From Seison nebaliae (Eukaryota), in assembly GCA_023231475.1 (NCBI GenBank), contig JALJEE010000266.1, positions 1 to 42,649 of the forward strand: a DNA stretch of 42,649 nucleotides, written 5' to 3'. The position numbers and the translations under genes were made by a program. The stretch's first letter is position 1. Every line of letters starts with the position of its first letter. Of the stretch, positions 36,201 through 42,649 are shown one piece after another. Below the pieces are notes generated by a model that searched no databases, was not told the DNA's origin, and worked only from the letters and a program-made list of their open reading frames with translations.

Positions 36201-39093
36201 ATCTTTCTTGTTCTTTCGAAGCAGGAACCAGCGAAATGGTGGACGATCCGACCATCAAAATGGAGAATGAGAATACGACGAAAAGTAATTTCGAGAGATT
36301 TAATGAAAAATTAATGAGACTTATTCAATTGATTAATGAGAATGATAAAGATGATGGAAATCGATTATTGAATGAGTTATTGGAATATAACCAGATGAAG
36401 GACGAAACACAATACAAAATTGTGTTTAGTTGGATGGCACCAAAACGGAATAATGGTAAACCCATTGTCTCATATCGATATCTGATGCAAGTGAGATTGA
36501 TTAATAATAAGAATAATTCTAATTCAACATCCTCTTATACGATCGGTCAAAATGAAATCGAATGTGAGAATGACGAAATGAATATGGTGAAATATTTTAT
36601 GAATTTCAATTCGACAATCGATCACGCATCTTTCCAAATCCAATCGAAGAATGAATGTGGTTATTCCACAGTGAATTCAATCCAATTACCGAAACAATAT
36701 CTCTCTACAATCATTCCACAACCATCGTCACTTCAATTTATGAGAAATCCGTCGACGAATGATTCGATGAAAAAGAATTTTCAATTTCAATTCAAATTGG
36801 AACATTCCGAATATCGACCTCTACTCTTCATCATCTATCTGCAACATTCCAGTTGGAATGGTGATGTTCGTTCTGATAATAAGAATCAATTTATTATTTC
36901 GAAACTTCACACAAATTTCCGTTTACTCATCAATATGTCACTAATTGACAAATTGAAATTACCAAAGAAATATTTGAACTTCTTCAAACATCAGTCAATT
37001 AAACATTATGATGATTCATTGAAATTATCTACTAAACATTCCGATACATATTCCATCATACTATCTCAATTAGATGAAATGTCATTATATTCTATTCGCA
37101 TTTCTACATGTTATTGGAATGATGAAATGGAAACATTCCAATTGTCTTCATTCTCCGAATTTTATCATAATCGCATCGATGAAGTAAACAAATTGGAATA
37201 TTTCAAGGGAAATGATTTATTTGATTCCTCTTGTAATTTCCATAATATTCTTCGATCCATCAAATTAAGTTCGAACAATTCGAAAGAGAATAAATCGAAT
37301 GAAGAACATTTACAAATGACAAATCGATTAGATAAAGAAGAACGTTGTAAATCATTCCTTAACGGTATCATCTTCACAACACCAATTAATGAATTACATC
37401 CACCCAAACTTACCGCCAATTGTTCTCATCGATATATTCGATTGTTGTGGCCGAACATGAATGAAGAGAATCATAATTCTAAATCTATCCAACACGATTC
37501 GAATGACGAGAAATGTATGGTGGTGAGAAGTAAGGAGGAATGGAAATTAGATACGAAATTGTTTGTGACAATACAACAGAAATTGAATGATGACTCACCA
37601 TCTGAAGAGATTCAGATTCTTGATAAGTTTTCATTTTTTTCTCATTTTCATTATTTCTTATTCAAATAGATATTTGACGATTGTGGATCGTAGTGAATTA
37701 AATAATTACAAGTTGAATGGATTACAAGAGAATAAGAAATATGAATTCCGAATTCGAACGGAAACTCTCGATGATTTTGGTGTTTGGAGCGAATGGTTCC
37801 AATTTCAAACGACAAAACAAATTCCTGTTCCACCCAAAGGTTTCATTCATAAATAATTAATAAATAATATTTATATTGACAATGAACTTCTAGGAAATAT
37901 TAATATGAAACAATTAGATTCTAATTCCATCGATTTGTTATGGCAACCTTCCTTAATGGTTGATGATACTGAACAATTAATAAACACTGTTATCTGTTAT
38001 GAATTACAATTCCAATATGAATTGCTTTCTCATAAACATCACGAACAATTATTCTTACAACAACAACAATTGCGACCACAACAGAAGAAAAATAAAAAGA
38101 AGAAATCAGGAAAAACGACAAATATGGAAGTTGTGGAGAAATTGTTGACGAATAATAATTATCCAAAATTTTCATTTCAACCAGTTAAATTTTTTTATCC
38201 TCAAATTGGATTGACAATAATAATATTTTTTCAAATTTTAGATATATTATGGCGGTGACACATCATTCCAAATGGAATTGAAATATTTACCATCGATGCC
38301 ATTCAATCTGATAAAATATCTTTTACAAGATGAGAATGTGCAATTACAATTGAACGTTCGTATACAGAGTGTACGAGATGATGAAATTAGAAGTGCTTGG
38401 TCATCAATAACACATATACCGGTTGACTATTCCAGACTAGCAATTTCTCTGCGACAAAATGATGATGAAATTATGACGATGCAACATTCAAAATCGATGG
38501 ATTGTCTCAATGATGATCTATCCAACAAATGGAAACAATCTAATGAGAATTTTAATGAATTATTAGATATCAATTTCAATCCATTATCTAATAACAATCA
38601 TTATCATCATCAACAACAACAACAACAAAATAAACAACAATCTTTGTCCACAAACAATTTGAATAGTAATAGTTTTGGAATGAAAAAAAAGAAAAACATT
38701 TATCAACAACAACAACAACAGCAGCAACAACAACAATTTACTCGTTCTCAAATTGTTCGATCAACGAACAATGGAACGTTAATTCGACAATCACCAGCTC
38801 AACAGCTGAAGCGTCGTAAGAATGTTAATAATCATATTCCATCGAAATCGATTGATGGAAAAAAGGTGAATGATAAGGATGATGATCAATCAGTTAATAA
38901 TGGAATGGATCTCTCTCAAACAGTCCGAACTTTTATTACGATATTAGTCCGATTATTTACATTAACATTTTGGAAACGTCAATGGCGTCGTTTCTGTTCT
39001 TCACTGGGCACATACGAAGCTCTCTTCATCAAACTATTCGTCTTTTTTATGGCTTGTTATGTTCTGATTAATTTCTGTTTGAAATGGATCTAA
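30256..39093 (+). CDS. FNDC3: Fibronectin type-III domain-containing protein 3 (FNDC3/mtgo-like). Exons ~30256-32038(?), 32509-33072, 33531-37626, 37670-37839, 37894-38183, 38242-39093
   Basis: N-terminal VTFIHIAPNASFQYFDGGKVTSIKGP resembles the conserved FNDC3 VILV.VNPGE.F...GP motif. It has multiple FN3 repeats (DNGSKIEYYQLE, SGHGFIFAYTGE, LRRNSPYEFRLRA, DTGGLPVDKY) and a C-terminal TM tail anchor. Later introns are phase-compatible; the first donor is ambiguous. Confidence 0.88.
31636..31868 (+). repeat. Coding CAT/CAA/AAT microsatellite-like tracts (poly-His/Gln/Asn) in FNDC3
   Basis: (CAT)n and (AAT)n runs encode HHHHHHQHHH and NNNNN. Confidence 0.8.
38611..38736 (+). repeat. Coding (CAA/CAG)n polyglutamine tracts in the last FNDC3 exon
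   Basis: A Q6 tract and a Q11 tract are encoded by CAA/CAG runs. Confidence 0.85.
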
Positions 39094-40154
39094 TTGATTC
39101 GAGATCTCCAATCTCTGCACTTCTACAATTTGATCAATGAACGAAATGTAAATCGCATTACCAACCTTCAACAAAACAATGAGATGACAATTTTAATTTT
39201 ATTTCATTCATTAATGTCCATGTTCAGTGACAGTTCTCTGATTGATGAATCGGATTAGACTGTCGAATGAATATCTTCAATTCTTTAAGAAAAGAACAGA
39301 AACTTACGAATGTTTTGATTTTTATTTTAATTTAAAACTTAATTTATTCGGTGATTTATTCTATCGCTCCTTATATATCTCAGTCTATCTCTATCAATAT
39401 CCCATCACTACTGTTTCTCTTCAAATTGCTCAGTATATCGATCATTCAATGGTGAGATCGATAGTTTGATCTCGTTCTGATATTTGATTAAGTTGATGAA
39501 AAGACAAACGAACCAATATTCACTCTTTCTCTCTAAAACATCTATAAAAAATGACTCGTTCTTTCTCAACTCCTACTCTCTTCCTTTATTCAATTATATT
39601 ATATTAATTTGAAATAATTTTATTTAATCCATATTTTCCGTTTTCGCAAAAAATGGTATTTATATCGGAATCATGTTCAATCTATATTTATCTCTCTTCT
39701 CTCTTCCATGCCATCACCATACTTTAAACAAAGTACTCAATCGTCTTCACTTCGAACATCCAAACCTTCAATCTTCCTTTTATTTGGTGTAATTAACATT
39801 TGTTTTATTTGTTTCGATGTTCTCTCAATCTTTCTCTTCTCATTGTTAATTTTTCCTTCCTTCTCCCCACTCTTTCTCTTTCAATTACACAATGGTTAAA
39901 TTCCGATAAGTTCGAGAATATTATTATTCACATATCTTTCCGTATAAAATACTTCAAGTAATGTATGTATTATCCGACAACATTGATCATCTTTTATTTC
40001 TCTTTATTTATGAATTGTTGCTCTAAAAAAAATAATATTTAACAAAATTTTATTAAGCCTTTTCAGTCATATTAAAAAACTTACTTACGAGGAATACATT
40101 GAAAATTACTTAAATGTTGTGAATCAAAAATGCACAGTTTCAATGAAAAAATAA

Positions 40155-40715
40155 GATACTGTTACTTTCACCCCGAATTACTTTCCCTATAATACTTTCC
40201 CTAATTACTCTATATTTTTAGAACTCATTAAGGGAATAAAATCCAGACACATCGTCGTAAAATCTTGTCATATCAGGAAATTTCTACTATTTATTCCTAC
40301 ATTGAGAAAATTCCTATATGTCGTAAAGAGAAAAACTACATGTGTCTGGATTTTATTCTCTTAATGAATTCTAAAAATATAGAAAAATTGAAGGAAATTT
40401 GACAAAAGTTACCTTTGAAAAATGCCTTAATTTCTATTTAAAAATTAAAATTTTAACTTAAAAAAGTTTTTGGTAATAGAACTTGAACGTGGCTATCTAA
40501 TGATGCCCGACTTATCCAATTTGGATAAGTAACACCTAGCGCACATCAATTCAAAATAGTTGAATTTTTTGTAATCGAAAAAAAAAGAAGTCCAATTTTT
40601 TAGATGATAGGTTTAGTTCGCTTATTTTCAATGAGGAAAAACCCCTTAAAATCTCATTTTTCTCTTCAATTTTTTTTTCGGGGGGAAAGTAATTCGGGGT
40701 GAAAGTAACAGTATC
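40155..40715. mobile_element. Non-autonomous Mutator-like element (MITE), 561 bp
   Basis: Perfect 33-bp TIRs (GATACTGTTACTTTCACCCCGAATTACTTTCCC and its reverse complement) are flanked by an exact 9-bp direct repeat, AAAAAATAA (40146-40154 and 40716-40724). No ORF inside. Confidence 0.9.
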
Positions 40716-40889
40716 AAAAAATAATATTTATCAGTTTACTATGCAGTTCAATTACGTAAATGGGAAAGTGGTTAATTGTAAATATTTTATATTAAATTCA
40801 AATAAACTGATGGAATTTGGAACATTTTCATAATAAATCAATATTTCGCTCAGAAAAAATTTTGGTTATATAAGGTGGAAACTTTGAAC

Positions 40890-41168
40890 CTACGACCAAT
40901 ATGGATAAGGAGGAGGAGGAGGAGCTGATTGCTGATGTTGTTGCATAAGCATCTGTTCTAATGCCATTGTTTGTAGACTTTCTTGATGGCTCATTGTATC
41001 CAATTGAGCAAATAAGTCAGATCTTCCAAATTGGTCATCGATACTCGCTAATTCCATATTGAAACCGGTGTCATCCGCATGTTTGATTTCTCCAAAAAAA
41101 CCCGAAAATGCCTCAGTTCCACTAATAGCCAGAATTCCAATTGTTAATAAGATAAATGAAATTTTCAT
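40890..41168 (-). CDS. Small secreted orphan protein (92 aa) with a Q-rich and PPPPPYPYW tail
   Basis: Clear signal peptide MKISFILLTIGILAISGTEA. A splice-acceptor-like TTTTTTAACAG lies 1 nt before the ATG. Confidence 0.7.
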   Translation of the reverse strand: MKISFILLTIGILAISGTEAFSGFFGEIKHADDTGFNMELASIDDQFGRSDLFAQLDTMSHQESLQTMALEQMLMQQHQQSAPPPPPYPYWS

Positions 41169-41560
41169 CCTGTTAAAAAAATTCTATAATATAATTTTCA
41201 ATTTCAAATTCTTTTTATTTATAAAAATCACTTTCATTAAAAAGTAGTTAATTTAATCACATACCTATATTATTAGATGTCATCAAATGTTAATTTATGG
41301 AATAATTTCTATAAAATTTTCTACTTGTCAATTCTCATTGACAGTAAAAAGCATATCAAACTAATTTGATATTAATAATTAGACGAATAACTTAAATTGA
41401 AAATGAATGATAATATTTTTGTTAATATTATTATTTCTTTAAAACTCAACTCAATAATTTTATTTTTATGATAACTTAATTTTCTGAATTATAGAGAACT
41501 TTATTGAGCATTAATAAGATTAGAATTCATTCGTTACGAAGATTTTTAAATTAAACATTT

Positions 41561-42649
41561 TTAAGATCCACAACTCTTACAGGAACATTTGGTTGGTATA
41601 TTTAGTGTCTGATATTTCAATGAGTCACCATCTGAACAAAGTACCTCCACTCTTTCCTGTCGATATCCATCTGGTACACAACAAGAACAAGATTGAAATT
41701 TAGATTTGGTTTCATTAATTTCTTCATTTCTACCATTCTTAGATAAGAAAACCGTGGTGACCATTTGTTTATCACATGAGCCTTCGCAAACATATTGTGG
41801 AATTGCATTCTTAGTACGACATAACCCATCTTCTGACCATAAAGGTTTAAGCATCGTTGAAGTTAAACTACATGTTCCATTATCTCCAATCTCAGGGGAA
41901 TAAAATAATCTCGATTGGCTGTTCTTCATATTATCATTATTATCTAATTCACACGAGAAATATTGACATTTTAAACAACCATTTATACACTTACATTTCT
42001 GATTCTTCAAACAGTTAGTCTTCTGTTGACTTGGTAGCAAAATATCTCCGTTCCAGATACACGTGCATTGATCCTTCGGTATACATTGGCCTCCAGATAA
42101 AACTAAACCAGTTGGACAAACGCATCCGGACATACAGTTTCTGACAACGCTTAAGTCTTTATCTGCACTACAGTACTGAGTCTGACAAGTAACATTTTGA
42201 TCAATATTAACACAATTGTTAAATTGAAGACCTTTCGTAGCGCAAAATTTTGTCCCATATCTGGTTTCATCAAATTTCAAACCATTAGATGCCCCACATG
42301 AAATTTTTCCCACACAAAGTCTTACATTTGATTCATTTTCAGCTAAACAAATTTCAGGACCCTGAAAAGTAGAAAAACCCAATTCCAATGAGCATTGTTT
42401 ATATGTTGCGGAACATTCTGACCATGTGGAATCTTTCAAAAATAGTTAGTAGTGAACTATTTTCTCAATAATCGAACTACCAACTTTCACATGAGAAATT
42501 TTCTGGTGAAATCAACATTCTTCCTTGTCCTGGAGCAGGTGTAGTTTTCATTAATGTGAAAGTTCCTACGTCTGAAAATGTTTAGTTATTTGGAAATATA
42601 TTTGCAATTTTAAACTTGCAGTTGGTTGACTAAATTGCATTGTAGGTTG
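41561..42649 (-). CDS. 3' part of a mucin/vWF/SCO-spondin-like extracellular protein (TSP1-like, TIL, VWC-like, C-terminal cystine knot); 5'-truncated by the window; introns 42572-42615 and 42433-42484
   Basis: STWSECS (TSP1-like), CMSGCVCPTGLVLSGGQCIPKDQCTC (TIL), CKCINGCLKC (VWC-like) and CEGSC...CSCCVP...VLC...IPTKCSCKSC (CTCK). Confidence 0.85.

Noticed and set aside
33938..38175. Short antisense and alternate-frame ORFs within FNDC3 (and likewise within SPRTN, the zinc-finger gene and the mucin-like gene)
   Set aside because: These are shadows of the real coding frame.
1..42649. Alternative genetic code or stop-codon readthrough
   Set aside because: All conserved genes translate cleanly with the standard code once mini-introns are removed.

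Overview
This is AT-rich, gene-dense eukaryotic (invertebrate animal) genomic DNA with very short spliceosomal introns of about 41-112 bp. It is not prokaryotic, and the ORF track splits or misses several genes. Left to right it contains: Mutator-like transposon debris (repeat-rich termini plus a FLYWCH fragment), ATOX1, NDUFB8, a secreted prokineticin/astakine-like 10-Cys protein, a myosin essential light chain, a G-protein gamma subunit (absent from the ORF track), a compact SPRTN, tRNA-Lys(UUU), a 3x C2H2 zinc-finger gene, several orphan genes including a candidate peptide precursor, a divergent C-type-lectin-like protein, an ODR-4-like protein, a large FNDC3 locus, a 561-bp MULE-type MITE with a 9-bp TSD, a small secreted orphan, and the 3' end of a TSP1/TIL/VWC/cystine-knot mucin-like gene. 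The most striking signal is in splicing. All 25 short coding-region introns I could reconstruct start GTT (U at +3) rather than the usual GTA/GTG, with little further U1 complementarity. The one well-supported long intron and two candidate UTR introns use non-GTT, more U1-like donors. This suggests a lineage-specific, possibly length-dependent 5' splice-site code. All gene models were built by eye, and no searches were run.
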